A DNA stretch of 64,000 nucleotides. It comes from Candidatus Saccharimonadia bacterium (lineage in GTDB: Bacteria > Patescibacteriota > Saccharimonadia > UBA4664 > JBBRNT01). Under the pieces are notes generated by a model, which worked only from the letters and a program-made list of their open reading frames with translations, had not been told where the DNA came from and searched no databases. Of the stretch, positions 27,518 through 36,825 are shown in pieces; position 1 is the stretch's first letter, and every line of letters begins with the position of its first letter. The translations under genes and the position numbers were made by a program. The stretch is taken from assembly GCA_038230095.1 (NCBI GenBank), contig JBBRNT010000004.1, positions 20,448 to 84,447 on the forward strand, read 5' to 3'.

Positions 27518-27921
27518 TGAACGAATTTACCCCACCTATCTCTGCTAAGGGCATTCTCATTGAAGATGGCCTGGTCTGGTTACGCCAAAATGAGTTTGGT
27601 AAGTGGGAACTCCCGGGTGGGCGCGTTGAGGCAGGTGAACAGCCAGAGGACACAGTCGTACGCGAATTGCGCGAGGAACTGGGTCTGGAGTGCAGCGTAA
27701 CCCGGCTCGTCGATGTCCGCATGCTAGAACAGACCTGGAGCACCCGCAACCCGTTTGCCCTAATTATTAGTTTCGCCTGCCGGGCTGGGGAGAATGTGGG
27801 GGATTTTGAACACATTGGAGAGGCTGGCCCAGCACAGTTTAAGCAGCACAAGCTAAGCGAGCTTGATAAACTTGATCTGCCCAGTGTCTACCACCAAGCA
27901 ATTATGAAAGCGAGCAAGTAG
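27517..27921 (+). CDS. Nudix hydrolase
   Basis: Nudix box [23 protein letters not shown]. 134 aa, GTG start overlapping the upstream stop. Confidence 0.75.
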   Translation: MNEFTPPISAKGILIEDGLVWLRQNEFGKWELPGGRVEAGEQPEDTVVRELREELGLECSVTRLVDVRMLEQTWSTRNPFALIISFACRAGENVGDFEHIGEAGPAQFKQHKLSELDKLDLPSVYHQAIMKASK

Positions 27922-29051
27922 TGGCCACCAAGCGTGATTATTACGAAATACTAGGAGTCTCCAAGACTGCCTCCGCCGAGGAGATTAAGCGCGCCTATCG
28001 CAAGCTAGCCTTGCAGCACCACCCCGATAAGACGGGCGGGGACGACACTCGGTTCAAGGAACTGGGCGAGGCCTACGAGGTGTTGAGTGACACCGGCAAG
28101 AAGCAGCAGTACGACCAGTATGGCCACAATGGCCCGTTTGGCCCGGGTGGCAACGGCGGCGGTGCCGGTAGTGCTGGGTTTGGCGGCTTTAGTTCCGACG
28201 AGTTCGACTTTAGTGGTGCCGCCGGTGGCTTTGGCGACATATTCGAAATGTTCATGGGCGGCCAGAACGGTGGGCGACGCAGTGGCCCTACCCGCGGCCG
28301 TGACCTGGAGACCAATGTCTCCTTGGACTTCAAGCAAGCTGTCTTTGGCACCGAGCAGACTATCACCCTAGATCTAGAAGACACCTGCGACCGTTGCAAG
28401 GGCTCTACCGCCGAGCCCGGGAGCAAGGTGAATACGTGCAAGACCTGCGACGGCGCTGGCCAAGTGACGCGTGTACAGAACACCATTCTAGGCGCCATTC
28501 GCCAGAACCAGACCTGTGGCACCTGCGGCGGCCGCGGCCAGATCCCCGAGCAGACCTGCACCAAGTGTGCCGGGCGTGGAGTGGTCCGCACCACCAAGAG
28601 CCTTACCGTCAAGGTCCCCGCTGGTGTCGACAATGGCTCTACCATCCGCGTCACCGGTGCTGGTGGTGCCCCGGTAGGTGCTCCTGCTGGCGGCCAGAAG
28701 GGCGATCTATATGTACACATTCGTGTGCGCTACCAAGCCAAGTACACCCGCGAGGGACAGGACATTATTACCAATATCACGCTCGCCATGGCCAGTGCCG
28801 CTCTTGGTACCGAAGTGCCTATTGAGACCGTCGATGGGGTTGTTACGCTGAAGATCCCGGCCGGCACGCAGTCTGGTAAGACTTTTAAGCTCAGCGGTAA
28901 GGGTGTGCCCTATATTGGCGTGAGCCGCCGTGGCGACCACCTGGTGAACGTTACCGTAGACATCCCCACCAAGCTCTCGGCTAAGCAGCGTGAGCTCCTG
29001 GAAGAGTTTGCCGCAAGCGACGGTCCAAAGAAAAATTTCTGGAGCAAGTAG
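27921..29051 (+). CDS. dnaJ: molecular chaperone DnaJ
   Basis: J domain with HPD (YYEILGV...HPDK), Gly-rich linker, four CxxCxGxG zinc-finger repeats. Confidence 0.96.
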   Translation: MATKRDYYEILGVSKTASAEEIKRAYRKLALQHHPDKTGGDDTRFKELGEAYEVLSDTGKKQQYDQYGHNGPFGPGGNGGGAGSAGFGGFSSDEFDFSGAAGGFGDIFEMFMGGQNGGRRSGPTRGRDLETNVSLDFKQAVFGTEQTITLDLEDTCDRCKGSTAEPGSKVNTCKTCDGAGQVTRVQNTILGAIRQNQTCGTCGGRGQIPEQTCTKCAGRGVVRTTKSLTVKVPAGVDNGSTIRVTGAGGAPVGAPAGGQKGDLYVHIRVRYQAKYTREGQDIITNITLAMASAALGTEVPIETVDGVVTLKIPAGTQSGKTFKLSGKGVPYIGVSRRGDHLVNVTVDIPTKLSAKQRELLEEFAASDGPKKNFWSK

Positions 29052-29055
29052 TTAC

Positions 29056-29934
29056 CTACTTCGGCTTATCTGTACTAGTTACGGACTGGATGAATTCTGG
29101 CAGCATTGTGCGGTACTCTTCTTCTAGAATTGCTCGGGACTCAGCTAGGTCCGCTCCACGGTAGATGCCACCGCGACCAATAGTGACATGCCAGGCGCGG
29201 TGATGCGGGTTGAACAGCAGGGTATAGCCACTGCGTGCCAGCCTGGCGGTAAAGTCCACCTCCTCGTGCGCCGAGGTCCGAGAATTTAGTCGGGGGTTAT
29301 AGCCCCCAATCCGCGCGGCCGCATCGGCCCGAAACATATATGAGTTTACAAAGTAGTCCATGTTATAGCGAGTATCTTGGCTGAGCAGACTGTTCACCCC
29401 TGACCAATCCATAACCTGCTCCTTACGCCCAAATGCCGCCCTCCAGTCTCCGCCTACCTGGCTCAGTTCGAGCCGCTGCAGGTGGTGACTATGGGGCAGC
29501 GCCGTCACGGCGTCGGACGGCTGGGTGTGAGATATGGCTGGCACAGAACTGGTAATGTACCCAGACACGGCCCCAATTGTTGTCTTACTCACTAGATCAT
29601 CGTAGAGCGCCTGTATATATCCGGGGCCGAGTAGTAGGTCATCATCGAGCATCATAATAGCCTCTCCCAGCGCCATGTTGAGGGCCGCGTTCTTCGCCTC
29701 CACCAAGCCAGTCGTTGCGTTTGAGCACATATGCAGGGCCACCTCTGGGCGCAGTATTGCCGCAATCGGCACCAACTGCGCGAGCATAGCATGGTATGTC
29801 GCACGCTGCGGGTCGTCCTCATCAACCGAGACAATAATCTCCATGGGTACGCGAGTCGTCTGACTGAGTACATTGATGAGGAGCCCATAGAGCACGTAGG
29901 GCCTGTCGCGGCTCACAATGATGGTACTAATCAT
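29056..29934 (-). CDS. family 2 glycosyltransferase (GT-A fold)
   Basis: IIVSRD...EIIVSVDEDDP...LDDD (DxD) layout typical of GT2. Last gene of the five-gene operon. Confidence 0.72.
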   Translation of the reverse strand: MISTIIVSRDRPYVLYGLLINVLSQTTRVPMEIIVSVDEDDPQRATYHAMLAQLVPIAAILRPEVALHMCSNATTGLVEAKNAALNMALGEAIMMLDDDLLLGPGYIQALYDDLVSKTTIGAVSGYITSSVPAISHTQPSDAVTALPHSHHLQRLELSQVGGDWRAAFGRKEQVMDWSGVNSLLSQDTRYNMDYFVNSYMFRADAAARIGGYNPRLNSRTSAHEEVDFTARLARSGYTLLFNPHHRAWHVTIGRGGIYRGADLAESRAILEEEYRTMLPEFIQSVTSTDKPK

Positions 29935-30844
29935 GGAGCTGCTCCAGGTGGGCTATGAATGCCTGCATCTCGGCAGTACGGCTTGCCGGATAGTGGCCAC
30001 CTTCAGCAATCTTCTCGCGGTAGTACAACACAATCTCCGCCAGTCCCACGCCGTCGGTGGGCACACCAGAGTCCTCTAGCCTGCCCACAGCATGGAAAGC
30101 CACGGCCCGGGTAAAACAGGCTTGGCAGGTACCGCAGTGGCCACTGCTACCGAAGCAGGACAGCGTTTGTCGCAAGACAGCGTAACGGGCAGGGGAAAGC
30201 GTACCCCAGCCGACCAGATCGCTTTTGCTGAGCCCCACTAGGGGGAGGAACAGCGCTAGGCCAGCCTCGGAAGCGAGTCCCTGCATGTGCCGCACGAACA
30301 CCAGGCTCTTGTCTCCGCCAGAGTAAGGCATCTCACCCTTCACAGGGCAGAACCACAGCTCGCTGTCACCGTCATTCTGCGCCATAGTTTCTGTCAGAAT
30401 CAAATAATTACGAAGCGGGAATAAGTGGCGCCACTCTCCCCCCATGCGAGACAGGCCCTCCGCTGCCACATCACCTAGATTGAGCTGCATGTGCTCCAGC
30501 CATAGCCGGGCAGCCTCTGGGTAGCTTTCCAGGATAGTCTTCTGGAGCCGGGCCACACTGGTCTGCTCACCGGTGTCATAGGGGTGTCCATAGCTGGTGT
30601 ACACCGTTCGCACCGGTAGGCCACCCTCTAGCGCCATCAGTAATGCCGATGTGGAGTCAAGACCGCCGCTCCAGGGTAAGAGTATTGTGCGTTGCCCAGG
30701 CAGCGGATCAATCTGGGCAGAGTACTCCTTGGCCCGAGTTTGTTCTAGGTAGACGAGGCTATCGGGGCTGTTCAGTGCCTCGGTAAATGTTACCGGCAGC
30801 CGATCATAATGTAGGGTTGTGTGTTTCACGGAGAGGCTCCTCAA
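29927..30844 (-). CDS. queC: 7-cyano-7-deazaguanine synthase (QueC) homolog with about 55-aa N-terminal extension
   Basis: PP-loop LLPWSGGLDSTS, FPLRN, GEMPYSGGD (compare ETDFSGYPD), PLVGLSKSDL, and C-terminal zinc motif C-x7-C-x2-C-x2-C (SCFGSSGHCGTCQAC). Blocks are collinear with QueC as I recall the sequence. TTG/GTG start. Confidence 0.8.
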   Translation of the reverse strand: MRSLSVKHTTLHYDRLPVTFTEALNSPDSLVYLEQTRAKEYSAQIDPLPGQRTILLPWSGGLDSTSALLMALEGGLPVRTVYTSYGHPYDTGEQTSVARLQKTILESYPEAARLWLEHMQLNLGDVAAEGLSRMGGEWRHLFPLRNYLILTETMAQNDGDSELWFCPVKGEMPYSGGDKSLVFVRHMQGLASEAGLALFLPLVGLSKSDLVGWGTLSPARYAVLRQTLSCFGSSGHCGTCQACFTRAVAFHAVGRLEDSGVPTDGVGLAEIVLYYREKIAEGGHYPASRTAEMQAFIAHLEQLHD

Positions 30845-31310
30845 AGTCTATTTCAAGCCGTACTGGGTCATCCTGGCCTGGTATGAACTGCAGACTTATC
30901 ATACTTGGTCGTCTACCAATTGCAATCTGGAACCAGAGCTGGTCGCCGGGCCACATGTCTGCTATCGGCACCTGTGCTAGGTCATACCACTCCACAGTCA
31001 TCTCATTGGTCTCCTCTGGGTGGCCATCCCATTGGCTCGCCGTGTAGCAGTACAGGACAATGTCGGGCTCAGTTGCTGGCGCGTAGGTGAAGTACACAAT
31101 GGCGTTCAGCTTAGGATCGAGCAGCCTGGCGTGGGTCTCTTCCTCAAACTCGCGTAGCATCGCTGCTCGGATGTTCTCATCGGTCTCCTCCAGCTTCCCT
31201 CCAAAGCCATTGAGCTTGCCTGCCGCCCCGCCAAATTTCTTTCTACCAAGCAGTATGCGCCCCCGCTCTCGGTCTATAAGGTAGCCAAGTGTGACTATCC
31301 GGCCAGTCAT
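30804..31310 (-). CDS. Nudix hydrolase (MutT-like)
   Basis: Nudix box G(x5)E(x7)REFEEETH: GFGGKLEETDENIRAAMLREFEEETHA. 168 aa, overlaps both neighbours. Confidence 0.7.
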   Translation of the reverse strand: MTGRIVTLGYLIDRERGRILLGRKKFGGAAGKLNGFGGKLEETDENIRAAMLREFEEETHARLLDPKLNAIVYFTYAPATEPDIVLYCYTASQWDGHPEETNEMTVEWYDLAQVPIADMWPGDQLWFQIAIGRRPSMISLQFIPGQDDPVRLEIDFEEPLRETHNPTL

Positions 31311-33049
31311 GACTGCGCTCCAAGCCAGTTGCTAAGCGTAGTTTGCTGTGACTCGCTCAGGAATGGCCTTGCCTGCTCAACTTCAGCTGGCACTGGCATA
31401 GGATTGGGTGCTAGCTCGCCGGCAGCAGCGTACACCCCTGAGTAGTAGTCCATGAACGACCGGGCTGCAGTCCAGGTACTAAGCCAGCCCACCGCGTCGT
31501 GCTCGGCTAGCTGCTGCTGGGCCAGCTGACGCCGCCGTTCGACCGACGCCTCCAGCTGGACACGGGCTTGTAGTAGGTGGTCCGCAGCTGACTCCACCGC
31601 CAGCCCCGCCATGGCCAAGCGGGCTAGCTCGCGGGAGACGATGAGATTTGTCGGGTAGCTACGCATGAGTTCCGTCGCGGTAGCCGCTACCTCGGCCGTA
31701 GCCTCTGCCGTCTCGAGAGCCCGGATGAGTCGAATGCCGAGAAATACTTGCTGGCTCTCCCCCTGGGCTAGCCTGCTGAGCTCCCGTGCCTCCGCCAGGG
31801 TGTCGGGCTGGTGCTGGGCCGTATGGTAGGCTAGCTGCATCAGACGTTTCGCCATCGCCGGGTCCTCTGGTAGGACTCGGCTATACACTACGGCACCTCC
31901 GCGCTCGGCCACGAGAGTCAGGCTACCATCTGGCTCATCCCTTAGGCTTGCTGTCTCGCCAAAACGCTGCCCGACATTACCAAACGGTGTGGCATCAATA
32001 ATTCGCCCCCGCCCCTCGCCTTGTCGCTCGAGCGCCACCCAGTGTACTGGGCAGCTCTCCGTCAGCGGGTCCATGAGAACCTGGGCAAACTCGACTTGTC
32101 CCAGTCCCAGCTCCGAGGCCCAGGCGGCCAGGCTAGTATTGCTATAGACGCAGTTTGAGAAGCCCTGGCCCACTTCGTGTTCAGCTGGAAAGGCCGCTCC
32201 CGACGAGCTATTGACTAACAGCGCAGTGAGCTCGTCGATGGTTGCCGGCATCTGCTGGCCCGGTCGCAGCCGTAGGGGGAGGATACTTGGGTCATGGCTT
32301 GGGTGTTCGATTGGCTCGGTTGTGAGTGCTAGCTCCACTACCCTGGCTACTTCACCTGCGTGCTTACCATCTACGCTCACATCTATCAGCTGGCCACTCG
32401 TTTCTTGTTGCTGGCGGTAGCCAAATGAAAGAGGGAACAGGTCCATGATGAGTGCTTGGGCTTCTATCTGCAGGCCGGTCATAGCATACTTTTCATCTGT
32501 AGCAGTTTTGCTAGCATGGCTCCGCTCCAGGGTAGCCTGTGCGTCTTCAGAGTGGAAGTAGAAAGTCTTGTCGGGTTGCTGACCGGTCGAGCTCGCCATG
32601 CTCCAGAGCGAGGCCAGTAGACTCGTACGCTGCTCTGTAGCCGCGTAGCGCGCCGGATCTGCCAGGATTATTTTGGCAGCCGAGTAGACCACAGTGGTAT
32701 CAATGTCTCGGTCACAGAGTAGAAATTGCTTGCCTTCGATCTGTCCGGGTACTACGCTGGCTTCCCAGAGCTGTCCAGCGACTATCTCGTGGTAGCGGTC
32801 GTAGGCGGTGGCCGTGGCGCGCTCAGCGTCTAGGCAGACCAGGCCATCTGCCGTGTCCTGAAACAGGCTTTGCCACTGCTCATAGAGGGCTACCGAGCGC
32901 TCGTGGTGGGGGCTATCCGTCTTGTCCTGAAGGATGTCACGGTTTTTTACGACCTCCAGACCCTGCGCCTCTAGATAGTTGCGCACCCCTTCCACTACTG
33001 TAGACTTCCCACTTCCGCGCTCGCCCTCAAAAGATACCCGTTCCGTCAT
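31307..33049 (-). CDS. fusion protein: thymidylate-kinase-like P-loop dNMP kinase domain + transglutaminase-like Cys/His/Asp domain + helical C-terminal region
   Basis: N-terminus FEGERGSGKST (Walker A), LLCDRDIDTTVVYSA (compare TMK VIGDRHDLSTQAYQG), lid region. Mid-protein GQGFSNCVY...HWVALERQGEGRGRIIDATPFG matches the transglutaminase-like core (C...H-W-E...D). Confidence 0.55.
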   Translation of the reverse strand: MTERVSFEGERGSGKSTVVEGVRNYLEAQGLEVVKNRDILQDKTDSPHHERSVALYEQWQSLFQDTADGLVCLDAERATATAYDRYHEIVAGQLWEASVVPGQIEGKQFLLCDRDIDTTVVYSAAKIILADPARYAATEQRTSLLASLWSMASSTGQQPDKTFYFHSEDAQATLERSHASKTATDEKYAMTGLQIEAQALIMDLFPLSFGYRQQQETSGQLIDVSVDGKHAGEVARVVELALTTEPIEHPSHDPSILPLRLRPGQQMPATIDELTALLVNSSSGAAFPAEHEVGQGFSNCVYSNTSLAAWASELGLGQVEFAQVLMDPLTESCPVHWVALERQGEGRGRIIDATPFGNVGQRFGETASLRDEPDGSLTLVAERGGAVVYSRVLPEDPAMAKRLMQLAYHTAQHQPDTLAEARELSRLAQGESQQVFLGIRLIRALETAEATAEVAATATELMRSYPTNLIVSRELARLAMAGLAVESAADHLLQARVQLEASVERRRQLAQQQLAEHDAVGWLSTWTAARSFMDYYSGVYAAAGELAPNPMPVPAEVEQARPFLSESQQTTLSNWLGAQS

Positions 33050-33834
33050 ACCTTGATCCCCGCTGCTCGTCTCATAATATCAATATTATACATGCAGTCT
33101 TCCAGCTGATCTGGGCTCAGCTGGGCACTCATAGGTAGGTGCGTAGCCAGCTTGCGGTAGGCCGTACCTTCCTCAAATCGTATTCCGCTTGCACCATGCA
33201 CCACTGGCGCACTGGTGTCCAGTCCAGTCACAAAGCCAAACTGGCGGAGCTGGGCCAGTTCCAGGTGTACGGCGTCGGCTGAGCCGAGCACGTGTACGGT
33301 CATGTGCTCTGGCAGTAGCCCCTTGCTCACCAGGTGTTCAAGTGCAGCGATGCGAGCATAGTCCGGACGGGCGTCCGGAAAGGCGGGCGCCGTCTTGCCA
33401 ATTGCCATTGCACCTACCTGAGGCAGGCTCGTCAGCTGCCGCCAGCTACTGAGCCAGTCGGTATAGTCTCGGCCGTGCGCCACGGCAGTCAGGCGGGTGC
33501 CACCTAGCTGAGTCGCGTACTTGGCCAGAAATGCTCGCACCAGCTCGTATGTGCCTGCACCATCATCAATCTTATCTGGCAGTATTAGTTGTTGCGGTCG
33601 GACGAGACGGAAGGCCTCTAGGAGTGGCTCTCCGTCCACCGACTCGCCAAGCTCACAGGCTCCGTTGTCCAGGATGACCCACTGCCCGGCCTCAGAGCGC
33701 TCGCGGAAGAACCGCGCATACTCTGCATCAAGCAAGACTTCCTGGGCGAGCGCCATGAAATAGGCAGTATCGCCATACCCCGAGAGGGTAGTCAGGTGTG
33801 CAGTAGGAGCAATAATAGCAATCTGTATACTCAT
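33046..33834 (-). CDS. TGT-like (DpdA-like) TIM-barrel protein lacking the zinc subdomain
   Basis: 262 aa. Blocks align to Tgt: WVILDNGACE (~LTDSGGFQ), LTAVAHGR (~LFGIVQGG), VGAMAIGK (~GIAIGGLS), VHVLGSADAVHLELAQLRQFGFVTGLDTSAPV (~[28 protein letters not shown]). No Cys cluster, so it is a paralog of the canonical tgt at 5065. Confidence 0.4.
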   Translation of the reverse strand: MSIQIAIIAPTAHLTTLSGYGDTAYFMALAQEVLLDAEYARFFRERSEAGQWVILDNGACELGESVDGEPLLEAFRLVRPQQLILPDKIDDGAGTYELVRAFLAKYATQLGGTRLTAVAHGRDYTDWLSSWRQLTSLPQVGAMAIGKTAPAFPDARPDYARIAALEHLVSKGLLPEHMTVHVLGSADAVHLELAQLRQFGFVTGLDTSAPVVHGASGIRFEEGTAYRKLATHLPMSAQLSPDQLEDCMYNIDIMRRAAGIKV

Positions 33835-33882
33835 GGCCGTATCATACCCGCTTCGGTCATACCACGCGAGCTGCCATAGGGC

Positions 33883-34095
33883 CTATCCGTGGCGCTTTGG
33901 GTCCACCTGCATCCAGAGCCCAGCCATGACCAGTGCTATGAACACAATAGGCACACCAGGAATTAGTAGGTTGAGTACCCACTGGGGGAGTGTAGTGCCA
34001 CCGAGAAATAGTGTAACCAGCCCCACCAGCAAAACGCCGAAAGCAGAGTAGATAAGTTTACGGGCGGTAGCTTTGGCGGCGCGACGAGTTTTCAT
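33883..34095 (-). CDS. small membrane protein (70 aa, 2 TM), possible first gene of the operon
   Basis: ATG at 34095 (MKTRRAAKATARK...). Sits upstream of the TGT-like gene on the same strand. Confidence 0.3.
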   Translation of the reverse strand: MKTRRAAKATARKLIYSAFGVLLVGLVTLFLGGTTLPQWVLNLLIPGVPIVFIALVMAGLWMQVDPKRHG

Positions 34096-34193
34096 ACTGG
34101 TATTATAGCCCTCATGCTCGGTGGCTCCAAGGGCGGGGAGTGGAAATATTGCCTTGCTACAGCTATACTGGCGACAGATAAGCATAAGTAATT

Positions 34194-34682
34194 ATGAACT
34201 TGCCCGTAATTGGAACGCTTAGTGTAGATCTGGTGATCATTGCTACCGTGGTCGCCGTGGTCTTGTTTATGATCGTGCTCGGCCACGGCAAGCTGCGCAA
34301 TCTGGCGCTGGCTAGCTTTGTTGGCTGGGTACTGGCAGCCGAGTTTGCGACTACCGTACACGGCGTAGCAGGCTCATTGAGCCTAGGCACAACCCGCCTT
34401 GTGCTCTACATTGCGCCCATCGTCCTTCTGGAGTTCGGACGCCGCCACCAGGACGCTGGCCCGCGCCAAGGGCTGGTCTTCGGCCTGGTCATGGCTGTGG
34501 CAACCGCTGCACTTATTATCAGTGGCGTCCTTACCCAGTTTGATCAAGGCACCCGTGAGTCTATCACCGGTAGCTCCCAGATAGCCTTCCTCATCTACAA
34601 TTTGCGGCTCATCTGGCTGGGCCTGGTTCCCGTTCTGGCCATGCTCGAGGGCTTCATTAAGCCCAAAGACAAGCACCACTAG
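34194..34682 (+). CDS. CvpA-like small integral membrane protein
   Basis: 162 aa, 4-5 TM. Size and topology resemble colicin V production protein family. Weak. Confidence 0.3.
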   Translation: MNLPVIGTLSVDLVIIATVVAVVLFMIVLGHGKLRNLALASFVGWVLAAEFATTVHGVAGSLSLGTTRLVLYIAPIVLLEFGRRHQDAGPRQGLVFGLVMAVATAALIISGVLTQFDQGTRESITGSSQIAFLIYNLRLIWLGLVPVLAMLEGFIKPKDKHH

Positions 34683-34709
34683 GCGCTTTTGGTCTACGGC
34701 ACTGCGCGT

Positions 34710-35003
34710 CTACTTGCCTGGCTTTTTCTGTAGGTGGAGTAGCAATAGTCCAGCTAGCACAATCACTGCACCGCCAATTACCAGCGCCTGGCTCACCGAG
34801 TACACCAGGTGCAGGCTGGTAAACGCCCCACAGCCCTTGCTCGTATTGGTGTTTGCGCACACACCGCCCACCAGGTCATACAGGCTAAACAATGAGTATA
34901 CACAGCCCATAAAGCCCACCACGCTCAGTACCGCTCCAGCAATAATGTAGTTTTTTAGGTATTTCACTAGCCACATTGTAGCAAATATGCGCCTATCAGA
35001 CAT
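34710..35003 (-). CDS. small membrane protein
   Basis: 97 aa, 3 TM. Terminator of the upstream gene lies just upstream. Confidence 0.35.
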   Translation of the reverse strand: MSDRRIFATMWLVKYLKNYIIAGAVLSVVGFMGCVYSLFSLYDLVGGVCANTNTSKGCGAFTSLHLVYSVSQALVIGGAVIVLAGLLLLHLQKKPGK

Positions 35004-35046
35004 GAAAACCCCGCCCTAGAGCGAGGGTTCTCGCCCCAGAGCGGGG
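35004..35046 (-). terminator. rho-independent terminator (minus strand)
   Basis: CCCCGCTCTGGGGCGAGAACCCTCGCTCTAGGGCGGGG followed by TTTTCATG on the minus strand. Confidence 0.5.
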
Positions 35047-35051
35047 AGTGG

Positions 35052-35555
35052 TCAGGCGTCCTCGAAGTAGCTACGCGCCAGTGCTACCGGGTTGGTGGTA
35101 CGTGGTCTCATCAGAGATGCCCAAGACAACCAGTCCCGGCTCTGCTCGCGGAAGACCGCCAACTCGACTTCATTTGGGTTGTGCCACGCACCGAAGAGGT
35201 CGATACGCACAAGTACTACATCAAAATCCGACATAGATCCCAGCCCGGCCAATCGGCATGCCTGCTCTTCTGGGCAGAGCGATAGCACCAGGTAGGTCTG
35301 GGTTTGGTCGGCCGCGTAGCCCGTTACCCCAACCCCGGTCAGAGTCAGGTCTGCCATAGGGCGGAGGGTGTCCTGGTACCAGGCCGGCTGGTTAGCTATG
35401 ATCCTTGCCCAGGCCGCCAGGTCTTTGTCTAGCTCGCGCAAGGCATCTAGCTCAGCTGAGGCCAGCGTCAGTGTGGTGCGGGTGATAGTCATGGCTACAT
35501 CCTTGTTGTGGGGTACGGGAGAATTGCTGGCATAATAGCATACCGCCAGATTCAA
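35052..35555 (-). CDS. hypothetical protein (likely start MTITRTT at 35492)
   Basis: ORF with an internal ATG preceded by AAGGA and a TATTAT -10. No recognisable domain. Confidence 0.4.
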   Translation of the reverse strand: MNLAVCYYASNSPVPHNKDVAMTITRTTLTLASAELDALRELDKDLAAWARIIANQPAWYQDTLRPMADLTLTGVGVTGYAADQTQTYLVLSLCPEEQACRLAGLGSMSDFDVVLVRIDLFGAWHNPNEVELAVFREQSRDWLSWASLMRPRTTNPVALARSYFEDA

Positions 35556-36454
35556 ACAAGCTGAATTTCATTTGCAAGCTCGCTAGGCATGCGCAGCGGT
35601 ATTTGGTGGTCACAATCATAAAAAAGCAACTGGTAATTTTTTGGTAGAATACCAAGTTTCGTGCGCACATCGTCTGTAATGCTATCTTTTACCCCAAATA
35701 TTAGTACGGTTTGATGCGAATTTGCGGCAATATCTTCCTCTGGTTTGTACGTAAGCATTGACCGTATTGACCGCATTAATGCCCAAGGGGTTGTCCTGGT
35801 CGTGTCTTTTATGACATGCGCAGGCATGTCTTTGAAAAGTTTGTGAATAAATAGCCTCACAACGGGTCCAGTTAACCATATGCCGTAGGCGTTTACCCAC
35901 CCCGCTGGTCCTTGAATGATAGCTTCAGGGCATCGTGCGATTTCTGCAAGCTGTTTTGGCCCGGTAATGGTATTTATTAGTGGCAGCCCACTTAAAACAA
36001 CTTTGCTATAAGTGTTTGTGTGTGTTGCCGCCAAACGAAGCGCAATCATTGCCCCAAATGAATGTCCAGCAAGTATATACCCATCAGGCAAATGCAAAGA
36101 TTGTATAGCACTATCTACTTCTTCAACCTGCATGTCTAAACTGTAGTCTTGACTACGTGGCTTGTGTGACTTTCCAAACCCAAGCAAATCAAAGCTGATA
36201 ATTCTGCTATTTTTATCTAATTGCGCAATAACATCACGCCAATAATCATGCGTTGATATAATGCCCGGAATAAGAACAATGACATGTTTAGAGGTACTGT
36301 TTCCATATTCGTGAACATGAATCATTTTATAACGAATCGTTTGACGACAAATTTCCAGACCACATAAACCAAGCACATAAATACCACCACCGACAACGTA
36401 TCCCACAAAAAGTTGCCATAGTGTATACACAAAGTGCCGTTTCGTATGCTCCAA
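35552..36454 (-). CDS. alpha/beta hydrolase (esterase/lipase-type), on low-GC island
   Basis: Nucleophile elbow GHSFG, oxyanion region VLIPGIISTHDYW, N-terminal TM. The gene looks far AT-richer than its flanks. Confidence 0.7.
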   Translation of the reverse strand: MEHTKRHFVYTLWQLFVGYVVGGGIYVLGLCGLEICRQTIRYKMIHVHEYGNSTSKHVIVLIPGIISTHDYWRDVIAQLDKNSRIISFDLLGFGKSHKPRSQDYSLDMQVEEVDSAIQSLHLPDGYILAGHSFGAMIALRLAATHTNTYSKVVLSGLPLINTITGPKQLAEIARCPEAIIQGPAGWVNAYGIWLTGPVVRLFIHKLFKDMPAHVIKDTTRTTPWALMRSIRSMLTYKPEEDIAANSHQTVLIFGVKDSITDDVRTKLGILPKNYQLLFYDCDHQIPLRMPSELANEIQLV

Positions 36455-36633
36455 GAACGCACAGTTGATTCTTTTAAGAGATTAGAAACTGTTGGCATAA
36501 TGAGGTTTAATTTAAATGAATTAACAAAATGAAACATCTCAGTGCCTACAACAACGCACAATACGAATTTAGCAAAACTAGCGTATTCTTTTGGTGCCCG
36601 TAGCACAGAGTTTACAAATTTATTCATATGCAA
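36322..36633 (-). CDS. small hydrophobic ORF on low-GC island (may be a frameshifted N-terminal part of the hydrolase)
   Basis: 103-aa ORF overlapping the hydrolase N-terminus in another frame. AT-rich. Confidence 0.2.
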   Translation of the reverse strand: MHMNKFVNSVLRAPKEYASFAKFVLCVVVGTEMFHFVNSFKLNLIMPTVSNLLKESTVRSWSIRNGTLCIHYGNFLWDTLSVVVFMCLVYVVWKFVVKRFVIK

Positions 36634-36790
36634 CTTCCTTATTTAAGGTCATGGTACATATAAGTATAGTACACGAATCCAGGTTATTACCTGCAGTAGT
36701 CTAGTTGGGTTTACAAAATTCGTGCCTTCCCAAATTAGCAACCGCTCATAGATCGCTTTTACAAAGCAAAACTGTTAAGCGTGTTTCACC

Positions 36791-36816
36791 AAACAAAAAC
36801 CCGACTCTGAGGTCGG
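36791..36816 (-). terminator. rho-independent terminator for tRNA-Lys (minus strand)
   Basis: CCGAC-CTCAGA-GTCGG followed by TTTTTGTTTGG on the minus strand. Confidence 0.4.
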
Positions 36817-36825
36817 ATTCTAGTA

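Noticed and set aside
33189-33763. Plus-strand ORFs (33189-33452, 33521-33763) inside the TGT-like gene
   Set aside because: They are antisense to a coherent minus-strand operon gene with recognisable TIM-barrel blocks, and have no RBS.
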